Shown here in pieces: positions 37,488-49,697 of a stretch of 64,000 nt of DNA (positions are counted from its first letter, which is position 1; each line of letters opens with the position of its first letter). Source of the DNA: Vitrella brassicaformis CCMP3155 (lineage: Eukaryota; Protista; Chromerida); NCBI GenBank assembly GCA_001179505.1, contig CDMY01000311.1, positions 1 to 64,000 of the forward strand. Direction: 5' to 3'. The translations under genes and the position numbers were made by a program. A model generated the notes under the pieces. The model did not search any database and was not told where the DNA came from. It saw nothing but the letters and a program-made list of their open reading frames with translations.

Positions 37488-38738
37488 ATGGATGCAGAGA
37501 ATGATAGCACGTCGGCCGACGGCACCAACGCCAACACCGACGGCACCAACGCCAACACCGACGGCACCAACGCCAACACCCAGGGCACGACTCAGGTCAT
37601 GACCACCCTCACTTCGCCTTTCCTTGAGGCCTTTCTGAGGGTCAGCCAGGCCGCCAACACACCCGACAGCCCCAACCAGCAGCCCAACCAGCCGCCCCAC
37701 CCGAGAGCCCCGGCGGAGGAGGCCAACAACCCACCCACACACAACTCCCACCCCCCCAACAACCGCCCTCCTGCCACAGCGAGCGACGGCAGCAGTGCCA
37801 CCGCCGGACCCGTCGCGCCCACCGTGCAGGACAGCCAGCCTGCCAACGAGGGCCGTGACGAGGGTCGGGAGGCCGTAGTCAGGGTTGGTGAGCACAGAGG
37901 AGAGGGGGGAAGGGAGAGCGAGGATAGTGAGAGCGACATGTCGGAGGGTTGGGAGAGTGAGGAGAGTGATAGCGAAGTGTCAGAGAGTGAGGAGAGTGAG
38001 TTTAGCAGTGAGGAGAGCGACAGCGACGTGTCGGAGGGTTGGGAGAGTGAGGATAGCGACAGCGAAGTGTCGGAGGGTTGGGAGAGTGAGGATAGCAGTG
38101 AGGATAGTGAGAGCGACGTGTGGGAGACAGAGTCAGCCCCCTCCGGCTACAAGCACCACCCCGACGAGTGCTTCCCGTCCCCCAAGGACGCCTTCAACGC
38201 CTAGTAAGCCAAAACGCACACCTCACTGACACACCATCAAAAACACCTTCTATGGATGTGTGTGTGTCTCCCCTGTCTGTCTGTCTGCCTTGTCATGCAG
38301 CGTCAAGCAGGCTGCGTTTGAGCGTTCCCTGTCGCCGGAGGGCCGTCACGAGTCGCCCCAGCAGCGCTACGAGCAGAGCGTCCCTGCGGAGGAGGACCGC
38401 CTCATCATCGAGGCGGGCCTCAGCCGCGAGAGCTTCGACTCGATGTAAGGGGGCGGGAGTCAGTCTTTCACTGGCCTGCAAACACACGAGACACCCCCAC
38501 ATCCATGTGTGTGTGTGTTTTTGTGTGTGTCTCTCCTGTGTGTGTGTGCAGGGTGTTGTTGGGGGCGTACGCTCTCTGGGAGAGATAGAAGGCCGCAGGC
38601 CGCTCCGAGCAGTCGTCGGAGCACTACTACTATGCTGTCCTGGCTGCCGAGAGGGAGGCACTCGCGATAAGCTACATCAAGAAGATCCAGCGCAGCCGCC
38701 TGGCCTCCCGCACCTCCCGCACCCCAACAAGTGCCTGA
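37488..38738 (+). CDS. Three-exon acidic-repeat protein whose last exon has an in-frame TAG at 38586-38588 (true stop, premature stop or error)
   Basis: In-phase splices TA|C (38203/38301) and AT|G (38444/38552); coding-like sequence continues after the TAG to a TGA near 38738. Confidence 0.6.
37510..37580 (+). repeat. 21-nt tandem repeat x3 (GACGGCACCAACGCCAACACC) encoding DGTNANT
   Basis: Read directly in the sequence and the translation. Confidence 0.9.
37920..38130 (+). repeat. Degenerate coding repeat encoding (SDSDVSEGWESE)-like units x3-4
   Basis: Recurrent TCGGAGGGTTGGGAGAGTGAGGA at ~37941, ~38031 and ~38070. Confidence 0.85.
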
Positions 38739-39555
38739 TGTGTCCCTCCGTCAGTGGGTCGGTGGTGTGGATGGGCCGTAGACCAGTGGACCAGTAGAGT
38801 TGGTTGGTTGCCGAGCAGACGGTTGCAGAGAGAATGATATATCCTAGCCAGTCGAAGGAGTGTGGTGGTGGTCAGCGGTGGACAGGAGTTGAGTCTTTAT
38901 CCATCGCTGACTACATTTTATATTCTGACGGCGGTGAAGACACAGAGACACGCGGCTGACTGACTGACTGACTGACGGACCGGTGGGATGTTTTTCAATG
39001 TGAATGTGTACACTACCCATGGCCCACACACGGAACTAAAGTCATGCCGCCCCATGTGAGTGCACTGCGGCACACCCATCCCATCAACACGTTAGCTAAT
39101 TGAATCCCACACACTCCAACATACAGTCAGTCAGTCAGTCGTCTTCACACAAGCCTACCTGGCCGCTCCGCTGCCCATCTCCCTCCCGTCTCAGCCTCCA
39201 ATAACTGCATGCTGCCCCTCTCTGGTGGCCCGTCCAGCGGCTTATGCAGATGTGGGTGGGTCGGTGCTGCCCACACCACTGGCCCGAAACGTCACTGCTC
39301 GTCCTCGGCCCTGGATGGATGGATGGATGGACGAGCAGTGACGGCGGTTGGGACACTTCATACGACCAACACATCTGCAGACACAACAAATCCATGCCAC
39401 GAGATCTTGTATCGGTTCCTCAATTGTCCATACGCACACACACAGATGTCAGTCAGCTGTGCACATCACAACATCACGTCAACGGGCCAAAATGACACAC
39501 ACACACACACACAGGCACCATGGTGTCTCTCTCTCTCTGGCCAGACCCCGATCAA

Positions 39556-41006
39556 CTAATTCGTAGCTACCGCCCGTCTGCCTCCCCGGCCGATGGGCGC
39601 CGCTCGTGTGTCACATGCGGCTTTCGTGTTGGCGACTGTAGTGGTGATTAAACGGATGTCACCCTCTCCGGGCTGCAAACACGACAACATGCCCACATGC
39701 TTTCTTTCAGAAAGGTCATTCGTTGTCGATATGTCTGTCTGTCTGTCTGTGTGTGGTATGTTCACAGCTGTGAACGAGATAGCTACCGGCAGTCCAGATG
39801 GCCGAGGCACTTGCAGCCCTTCATGCCACAGGGCTGGCCCTTGCTGCCTTTACCGCACTTGAAGTCGAAGGCGGTGCACCCTGTGGACAAACATACGCAC
39901 ACACACACACACACACACACATCTCGATGTCTTGTGTGTGTTTGTGTGGGTCGTGTCGTGCTGTCCTTCCTCGACGTAAGCTAGCTTATATCGCGTAGCT
40001 TATGCGGCTTTCCCGGCCTGAGGACATACATGCAACACACGCCACATGCAGACACACACAGACATGTTTGTGTGAAGGGGTATACAGCTATACAGGCGTA
40101 CCCGCATCTGTTGGGTCCCCAGCAGTAGCACGTTTGCACCTTCCCCTCGCCGAGGTCCGTGCCCCGGCCACACTCCTTGAACTCGCCATCGGGCCCCATG
40201 AAATCCCCCGCAGGACACAGGTGACCCTTATCGATGCAGGCTGACACAACATCACACACAGACAGACAGACAAGGCGACACAGACAGGTCTGTGGGATCG
40301 TCTTGTTTCATCGTTTTTTGTCGACAAGCAGCACAAGCTTACGCTCTTGGTCTGAGCCTGGTTCTGGTGCCTTGGCCCTCTCGGCCGCTAGCTTCTGCCG
40401 GCGCCTCTGGGCCTCCTTCGCGGCCAGCTCCTGCTGACGCTGCTCCTCTTTCTGCCGCTGCCAAGCCGCCGCCGCCGCCGCCGCCGCCGTCGCTATGATG
40501 ATACCACACACACACACACACAAACACACACACTCATCCATGTGGTCATGTCCTATGGATTGACTTACCGGCATACACAATTGGCTGGTGGTCACTGTCT
40601 GTTGCATCAGCCCGGGTCTTGGCCATGAGGTTCATCATCTGCCGCTCGGCGCTGTCGATGGTCTCTAGTGCTATCTTGCCCATTTCCTCGGCTGTCTGGC
40701 CCATCACGAGGGAGGTCTCGCGCATCGTCCTGGCCATCTCGTTGGCTGCCTCGTGCATCTTGAGGGACATCTGGTTCATTGCCGCAGCCCCCGCCATCAT
40801 GCTGCGGCCCATCTCCACCTGCTGCTGCACCAACGACAGCACACCTGCACACGCGCATACGTCCATCCATCCCAATGCGCAGATCTGGCCGTGAATTACA
40901 GTACACCTACGCGCGACGTACCTTCGCGGGCCCTATCGAATTCCGCACCAGCGCCGGGTGTGGCGAGAATGACAGCCAGCACGAAGCAAAGCGCGGTGCG
41001 CTTCAT
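39556..41006 (-). CDS. Secreted protein: signal peptide, Met-rich helical segment, charged coiled coil, Cys-rich C-terminal modules
   Basis: MKRTALCFVLAVILATPGAGA leader; CPAGDFMGPDGEFKECGRG..CYCWGPNRCGYAC and GCTAFDFKCGKGSKGQPCGMKGCKCLGHLDC. Confidence 0.7.
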
Positions 41007-41079
41007 GGTGGACGTTCGCGCAAGCTCTCCATTCGTAAACTTGTAAGTTCACAAAGTGCGTCGCTCCCTCTAGCTGCGA

Positions 41080-43530
41080 ATGTCGGATCTGTCGGCGTAT
41101 TCCCCGCCGACCGATGCGGACGACCCGCTCGAGTTCCAAACGGTCATGAGGAATATCGTCGAGGGGGCCGCGTCCACCATGCGGTCCTTCTTCACCAGCG
41201 GCACCACCCAGACCTCCGAAGAAGCGCCGCCGCCCACGGAGCCCTCCTACCAAAACACAAACAACACCTACTTCCAGCAGCGGCAGGAGATCATGCAGCA
41301 GGTCACAGCCAATTGCACCGGCGGCAGCGGCACACACAAGCCGCGCAGCAACCATTACGGAGATCTGGTGGTCGGTTACCGTGGTGGTGGTGGCGATGGG
41401 GCGAGGGAGGGGCTGTACGGAGGCGGTGCGCGTGTGAAGGGCAAGGGCGGGCTGGATGTGTCGATTGCGGAGCGGAGGGGTAGGCGGCTTGTGGTCACGG
41501 CCAACAAGGAAGATGATGGTAGGTTTCTCGATATGTGGAGGGATGGATGGATGGAAAGATCTGTGCACGCGTGTGGCGTGGCGCTTTCTTTTCTCACCCC
41601 TCCTGTCCTGTCTGCATTGCATTGCATCTGTGTGTGCTGTATGTATGGGTGCGTTTGTTTGTGTTGCGTTGTGTTGTGTTGTGTGCAGGTTTGTGCAAGT
41701 CGACGTTTCGGTACGCGGCCATGCCCCACGCCCGCATCTGTGTCGATAGCGTGGAGCAGCTGCCGTCCGTCAACTTCAGCCGCATCGTTTGCGGAGATTT
41801 CAAGTACACACCACACCCACACCACTCCCACACGCCATCCCACCCCTGTGTGTGTATCCTCCCCCTCTGCTCTCTGTCCTCTGTTAGTGTGCGTTGTTAC
41901 GGCCTGCGTCTGAATGACGTGCGCGTGCCCATCCGGAGCACCACCAAGGCGCTCAAGATCCAGGTGGTGACTTCCCATGCATCATCACACGCCACAGACG
42001 GCGACCCCAACACCCCCGGCACAACCACAGCCACAGCCACAGCCACGGCGGCACACACTACAGGCTCAGCGCAGCTCAAACCGGACATCCAGCTGCTCCC
42101 CAACATATGGAACGACCTCCAGGTACCGGTGCGATGGATGGATGGATGCGGCACACCCATTGCGTGTGTGTGTGTGTCGTGTCGTTGTGTGTGGTGTGGT
42201 GTGGTGCAGGTAGCCTTAGGTTTGAAGGAGGAGGAAGACACGCCGCCCGAGAAGATCGGCGTGGACCACCCCTACGCCGACATGATCACCCGCGCCGGCA
42301 GCAAGGGCTGGGGCGCCATGGCCAAGACCGTCAAGGACCTGCCCACCTACCAAATCAAGATCCCACTCGCGCAATTCGAGCACATGACCAACGAAAGTAA
42401 GGCACCCACACCGACCAATGTGTGTGTGTGTGTGTGCGTGTGCGTGTGTGTGGACAATGGAATGCCGATCGATGTAGGTACGATGACGCTGGCATTGCGT
42501 CCGGTCGATGCGTATGAGGAGGCCATGGCCAAGGACTACCCCGAAGAGCTCCGCTATGAGCTAATGGAGTGAGAGGAGGGAGAGTGGCGGGAGGGGAGGG
42601 GAGGGGCACCTGGGCAGAGAGAGAGAGGTGTGTGTGTGCATGTGTGTGTGTGGTGTCGTGTGGGGTGTGGGGTGTTAGGCGTTTGGAGGAGGCCCAGGAT
42701 GAGTCGAAGCCCAAGATCACGTTCCGCATCCAGATACACGACCGGGTGGGTAATCATGGCACACACACACACATATATTCAACCAACACGACCGTGCAAA
42801 TCTTTCTCTCTCTCTGTGGCCTGTCTGTCAGGGCGTCATCGACATCGAGAACCCCCACACAGGCCAGAAGCGCAAGTACGGTGACAGACACACGGACACA
42901 CACACAAAAGACAGACGCATGCATCGCATCAGACCACACCCCATCCATCCATCCATATGTCTGGCTGCAGTATGTACGTGTGCGACCCAGAAGACCCGCT
43001 CGACACGGCCCTGGGGGAGCTCGTCAACGCCAAACCCGAATGCATGGACAAAACCAACATAGCCCGACAGGCCAACGGGTGGGTACCCATCCACTCACAC
43101 ACACACCCACACCCATGTGTGTGTGTGTGTATGTGTGTGTGTGAGCAGGTGCTACATCATGTTTCAGCAGCGTTTCACGATTAGCATGGTTGAGAGCGTG
43201 CCAGGCACGGGTGTGGGTGTGGGTGTGGGGGGTGGGGTGGGGGAGGGGGGCTCCCGGTTCCTGATAGTCACTGACCAGGGGGGCCACCGCCGACGTCTAG
43301 AGAATCTGATGTACGGGTGAGTGGTGGGTGGATGGATGGGGTGGAGGGGTGAAGGGGTTGGGAGCGAAGAGTCGAAGACATAGACACACAGAGATGGATG
43401 TCCGTGTGTGTCTTTGTGGGGGTGTGTGTGTGGTTCAGTACTCCTGACCGTCCGGACAACGCTGAGTTGATGTACGCCCGGCCCGTCGACCTCACTGCCC
43501 AAATGCCGCCCGAACCTATAGGCACGTCAT

Positions 43531-43566
<36 letters not shown>

Positions 43567-45281
43567 CGAGCGCGGTGTGACGCATTTCGACCCTCTCTGT
43601 GTGTCCCTCCGTGTGTGTGGTTGGCCAGTGTCTGGTGCTGCTAGTGTTTCTGGGCCAGTGGTGCACAGCCCCGCCTACGTGTCGGGCTACGCTGCATATG
43701 GCAACCCCTACTACCCCTCCCCTGCTGCTGCTGCTGCAGCCATCGACCCATCCACCGCTGCAGCGGCAGTGGCAGCAGGCATGCCGCAGTACCTGACCAT
43801 CACGCAGCAGCCGCACCAGGCCATGGCCGCCCCCTACCTCACACACACGGGCATGGGCATCAACACTGACCAACAACCACCCCAATACAGCATCAGCTAC
43901 CCCAATCAACAGCAGCACCAACAGCAGCAGCAGCAGCAGGCATACACATCATTCCCACAGGTGAATGAAGCGATGAAGGGGAGAGGGAGGGGGGGAGAGA
44001 GGGAGGGAGGGAGGGAGGGAGAGAGGGTCGGCCTGCCTGGTGTATGGCCATATGTATGTGTGTGGGCAATGTGTGTGCGATGGATGGATGGATATGTCAA
44101 CAGGGAGGCGTAAGTGATTTGTCGATGGCGTCGCTGCCCTACGGCTACCCCGGCTACCCCGGCGCCCCCACGCTGCACCAGCCCACATACCATTCGGCCA
44201 CACTCGTGGCCGCACCCACCGCAGCAGCAGTAGCGGCGGCCTCTGCTGCAGCAGAGGCTGCCGAGGCAGCCGCAGAGGCCCTGCCCGTCAAAGTGGACCA
44301 TGACGGTGGGTACCCTCACTCTGCACACGACAGACACAAAGACATCCATATGGCTGTCTGTCTATGGCTGGGTTTGTGCAGATGAGGATGGGGAGGGAGA
44401 CGGGGAGCGAGAGGGCGGCATGGACGACAGGCAGGACACCACACAGCAGCAGCAGCAGGCATACCAGCAGCAGCAGCCGACACAGATGGGCGCCTACTCG
44501 TCCCTCTCCCCTGCCATTGGGCCCTTCGGGCCCATTCCCATCGCACATGTGCCCATCTACGGCCAGCCCCAGCCCTTCTACCAACACCACCAAGACACCA
44601 CCACAGCCACAGCCACAGCCACAGCCGCTACACTGGCCAGCCACACCCAGGCAGCAGCAGGAGCAGGAGCAGGAGCCGCCCCATCCTCCACTCAGTTCGA
44701 CTGGGCGAGTGCGGCACAGGAGGTGGTTGCGGGTGGGATGGGAGTGGGTGGTGTGGGTGGTGTGGTTGGTGGGCTGTATAGCTATGGCACAGTGCCATCG
44801 ACGGTGGGCGGGGGCTATAGCTACCCCGTGTACTCGATGACCACTGCTGCTGCTGCAGAGGCGGCCCCGGCCGCCGGCGGGGCTTCCTACTCACACGAGG
44901 CGCAGACGCAGGGGCAGTACACACAGGTCGGTGCCCAACACACCACACCCAGCCCCCACACACGAGGCACCATCTCTCTCTCTCTCTCTCCCCCTCTCTC
45001 TCTCTGCTGCTATAAAGGCCTCTGCAGAGAGCATCGCAGCGGCAGTGGCGTCCAGTAGCAGCTATGCGGGTGCGGGTGTGGGAGGAGGGTATGCCGGTGG
45101 TGTTGGAGTGCCGACCCCTCTGAGTGCAGGGGGCCCCGGGGCCGCCATGGCCATGACGGGCATGACGGACATGCAGATGCAGCAGATGCAGGCCGTAGCG
45201 ACGTCATCGCAGCAGCAGGGGCAGGGACAGGGGGAGGCCAAGACGGCGGCGGGTGGGGGCAAGACCACTTCTATCAACTGA
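41080..45281 (+). CDS. Multi-exon hypothetical protein: beta-rich (possibly C2-like) middle, Ala/Pro/Gln/Tyr-rich C-terminus
   Basis: Series of in-phase GC3-rich exons (ARICVDSVEQLPSV, ALKIQVV, YQIKIPL, KITFRIQIHD); stop at 45281. Confidence 0.65.
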
Positions 45282-46861
45282 TGGACACACACACACACGG
45301 ACACACACATGAAAATGGTAGCCATAGTGATTGCTGGTTTTGCTCAAGAAAGAGGGAGGGAGGGACGGGTGGGCGGGGCGAACGATGCGGCCGTGAGGGG
45401 AGGGATGCGTGTGAGGCATGTGGTGGGTGTGGTGGGTGGTGACTCATGCATCTAGCAGCTCACTTAGCAGACGGTAGCGATATCTTGACGATTGATTGGA
45501 CTGACCGACGGCCGGCCTGCAAGACGGGGCGCGCACAGCCAGCCGTGCGCTTGATGTGCAAGCTGCCTGCTTGCATGTGTGTGTGAGTGTGTGTCGTTAG
45601 CTGCCTGCCTGGCTGCCTGGATGGATGGATGGATAGACGCGATCACACGGGGTGAAGGGTCATCGTCCAGCAACCAGTGAGTACATTCAAGTAGGAGCGC
45701 TAGCAGCGTCGACCGGTCCATGCACAAAGATCCACACACATGGATACTCGCACGCACAGACAACCAACCGCAGTCAAATCTCTCTCTCTCTCTATTTTCT
45801 GCCGCCTGGCCTGTCTATCATACACACACACGCACCCAAAGACATTCCATCGAGTTGCCGTCCATCGTCTGTTTCTCTGCTCAGCCCCGTCCGCACATAC
45901 ACAGACGGTGGGCTGGCTCCTCCGCTGACACACTGGTCTGAAAAACACACACGCGCGACTCATGGACACCCACCAGGCACGCAGGCAGCCACACTGACCA
46001 GCATAAACATCCCCCAACACACACCACACCCGACAGCAGCCAACAGTGAGTCTGGGCGGCTGCGTCTAGCAAAGCACTTCAGGCGTCGCGACGTGCGTGG
46101 AGACAAGACAGCACTCGCCCAACGACAGCCAACCAACGAGATGGGAAGAGAGATGCGTAGTCACCAGAAAACGAATGGCGGCCTTTGACAGGCAGGCAGG
46201 CAGGCATACTCGACATGCGCGACACGATCCCACTCGCTGACGCCAAAACTGATGGATAGAGTGAGATAGATGCTATAACAAACACATGCATTGTCTGTGA
46301 GCGTGGATCGAGTCGCAGTCACAGCCAGGCAGCCAGGCAGGCAGGCAGGCAGCACTGGTCCATTTTCCGCCCCTCCCTCCTGACGAGTGACGGTCTCTCG
46401 CCATGTCAGAGAGACCACCAAGCGTCAGAGGAACCGGCAGCCAACGAACCAGCGCGTGCCAGCCAGAAGGTGCGATGGCCAACAGTCGGAGTCAGTGTCA
46501 CGTCACGCAACTTTGCATAGTGCGTGTGCATGTGTGAGTGTGTAGTGGGCGTCTCTCTGTCTGTCTGTACTGGGCTTGTTCGCTTGCCTTACGATGGCAG
46601 CTTCGTACGGAGTGGTTCGATCGTACATGCGGCCACACACACAGACACACAGACACAGAGAGAGCTCGTAAGCGACACAGCACCAACCAACACGAGTAGA
46701 AAACGAACGAGGCAGATGGCCAGAGCATATAAGAGACAGCCCAGCAAGTAGTGTGTGCGGTGCGCATGACATGACATGACTGACGTGTGGCAGGCAGGGC
46801 GAATGAATGGATGGATGGGGCCTATCCATCCAGAGGGGTGGGGTGGGGTGAGGTGGGTCGG

Positions 46862-48154
46862 TCAGCTTACGCGGACGTATTTGTGTTTGCTGCGGATGGT
46901 CTTGTCGTAGCAGTTGATGCCCTCCATGATGACCTTCTTGGCCTCCTCGGGACCAAAGAAATCCTCCACAGCCACCTGACGTCATACACATGACATGTGC
47001 CATCCATCCATCACACACATACCACACAGAGATGCAGACAGACACTGTGTGCTAGCTACGTGTGGGTCGGGTGTGTGCGGTGAGCTGGCTGACTGACTGA
47101 CTGACCTCTTTGTTTTCGTTCTTCTTGTAGTCTGCATTCAATGCATTGGGCATACATAATCAAATCACAAACACAGATAGATAGATGGTATGGCTGTGGT
47201 GCGTGTGGCGGGTGGGTCTGTCTGATTGATTGTAGCACCGCACGCACCTTCGAAGAACCTTTTGATTTCCCTGAGCCGGTGGGGGGCCAGCTGGGAGATG
47301 TTGTTGATCTCACGGTACTCTACACACGTTCACACACACACACACACACACACAGAAACATACGCCGACTGCTGTGTATGCCTTTTCCTGTATCTATCAG
47401 CTGCCTCCCCTCACCGGGGTCATCAAGGTGGATGCAGATGATCTTGTCGTCCTTCTCGCCCTGATCTGCACACACACACAGACAGACACACTAGGCAGAA
47501 ATCCGGCCACAGAAACGACGCCAGTCAATGGCCTCTGGCTGACCAAGCATGTCCATCATGCCGATAGGCCGCACCCTCAGAATGGACAGAGGCACCACAG
47601 GCTCCTGCATCAACACCAGCACGTCCTGCACCAACCAGACAGACAGACAGACAGACATGTGCCTGTGTGCATTCCAGCATCCATGTGCTCGTGACGCCTG
47701 CGCTCACGAGAGGGTCGTGGTCCTCCCCGAGTGTGCGAGGGATGAAGCCATAGTTGGCGGGGTAGATGACTGACGAGTACAGCACGCGGTCAACAATCAA
47801 CAAACCGGAATCTGACCCACCACCCACCACCAACACAAACACACAGCACCATCAGAGAAGGAAATGGCGCCGCGCCCGGCTGTGCTGCCCCCTTCCTGCC
47901 TGCCAGCCTGCCTGCCTGGTTGTATGTATAGTCGTCGTACTGACTGTACCTTTGTCTAGTTCGTATTTGACCTTTGACCCCTTTGGTATCTCGATGACGC
48001 AGTAGAACTCGTCAGGCACCTTGTCGCCGATGTTGACGTCGTGCCACGGGTGAGTCGTCGACGCTGCAAAGCAAACACAACACACATACAGCAGCGCAGC
48101 ACACAGGCAGCAGCATCATGACGGGCTGATCTCTCTCTGCAGCGGCTTACACAT
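46862..48154 (-). CDS. PPA: Soluble inorganic pyrophosphatase (family I, short prokaryote/plant-cytosolic type)
   Basis: [76 protein letters not shown]. Confidence 0.97.
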
Positions 48155-48303
48155 GGTGGTGGCGAAGGACGGATCCGCTGGGCGCTTGATGGTGCAGAAG
48201 AGAACGCAGTGCAAACGGAACGCCAGCCGGGCAATGCTTGTGCTCGCGCCTCGCGGCTTAGCTCGCAATCGCACGACCCTCTCTCGTCTGATCTGCTGCT
48301 CTA

Positions 48304-49006
48304 ATGGATGCCGAGGCAGAGCTCGATGACTTTCTAGGCGAGGACGAAGACCAGGAGCTGGAAGATGCCGAGGAGGATCTGGGCAACCTCATGGACGAGG
48401 GCGGGGAGGGCGAGGAGGAACAGGCCGGCGGGGAGGGCGGCGGACGGGACGCAGAGGTGCACCCGGAGGGACAGGTGCCCGATACTGAGGCGAGAGAAGT
48501 GTAAGGAAGTCGTGCGCATGCAGGAATGGAAGGAGGGAGACGATGTGGATATATGCCTTGTACATATGGCTTGTGGATGTGTGTGTGGATGGGTGGGTGT
48601 GCAGGAAGGACAAGATGACGAGTCCCTTCATGACCAAGTTTGAGAAGGCGCGGGTCATCGGCACACGAGCTCTTCAGATCAGGTGGGTGGGGTGGCTGCG
48701 CCGGTCAGGGAGGCACAACACCCTCACAGACGGACACACAATCAGGCAGACCCAGTCCCGCTCTCTCTCTCTCTCTCTCTCTCTCCCTCTCTCTCTCTCT
48801 CTGCGTGTGTGTCTGTGTGTCTGTGTTTGACATTGGTCAGCATGGGTGCGCCCATCACAGTGGACGCCGAGGGCGAGACCGACCCGTTGGTGATAGCCGA
48901 GAAGGAGCTCATGAGCAAGTCTATTCCCTTCGTCATCCGCAGGTGGCTCCCCGACGGCACTTACGAGGACTGGACCATCAAGGAACTCCACATCGACGGC
49001 ATCTAA
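48304..49006 (+). CDS. RPB6: RNA polymerases I/II/III shared subunit RPB6 (RPABC2)
   Basis: Acidic N-terminus; [21 protein letters not shown]|[32 protein letters not shown]. Confidence 0.97.
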
Positions 49007-49697
49007 ACAGTTACGCACACAAACAGATGGGTGGGTGGACAGTCGCTGCGTGTGATGTGATGTCCTTCGCGGTTCGCGGCGCATGAGAGAGAGAGAGAGA
49101 GGGGTGTGGGTGGTGTGGGTGGTGCGGTGTTGTCAAGAGCTGTCCTGTCTTGGATGGTGTGTTGCTGCTGTAAGGCGCCGGATGCCTGGATGACATCCCT
49201 ACAGGCGACCACCTGAAGGCCACGTGGCCAATGGGATTGTCATCCAGGCACTGCGCACACGGGGGAGAGAGAGAGAGGCGTGGGGCCGGCCGATCTTCTC
49301 TTGTGGCCTTCGCTTTTGGGGGGGGTCGCTTCGCTTGCACGTGAGTTCAGACGACAAGGGGGAAGGCAGATATGGATGTGGATACTGATGAGTATGTGCT
49401 GACTGACGCGTTCAATGTCCGTCCGTAGTCGCTTGATACATACAAGTGCTTGGTCTACCAGCCATCACACACGCACGCACGCACACACACACCCACACCA
49501 CACACACGACACACACGTGTTTTCATGAGCCAGCCCTTCAGTCAGCATCCTCACACACCATCCTCACCTCAACCCTCCCGTAGCTAGCTAATGCACGCAC
49601 ACGCCACACTCAGTCTCACACGCCATCCATCCATTCACACACTAGCCCCCTCCTCCCCTCCCTCTCTCCCCATAGCTATCTATGTTGATGTGTGATG

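Noticed and set aside
37510-38130. Regular repeats resembling a CRISPR array
   Set aside because: They are in-frame coding repeats (DGTNANT, SEGWESE) with no unique spacers and no cas genes, in a eukaryotic context
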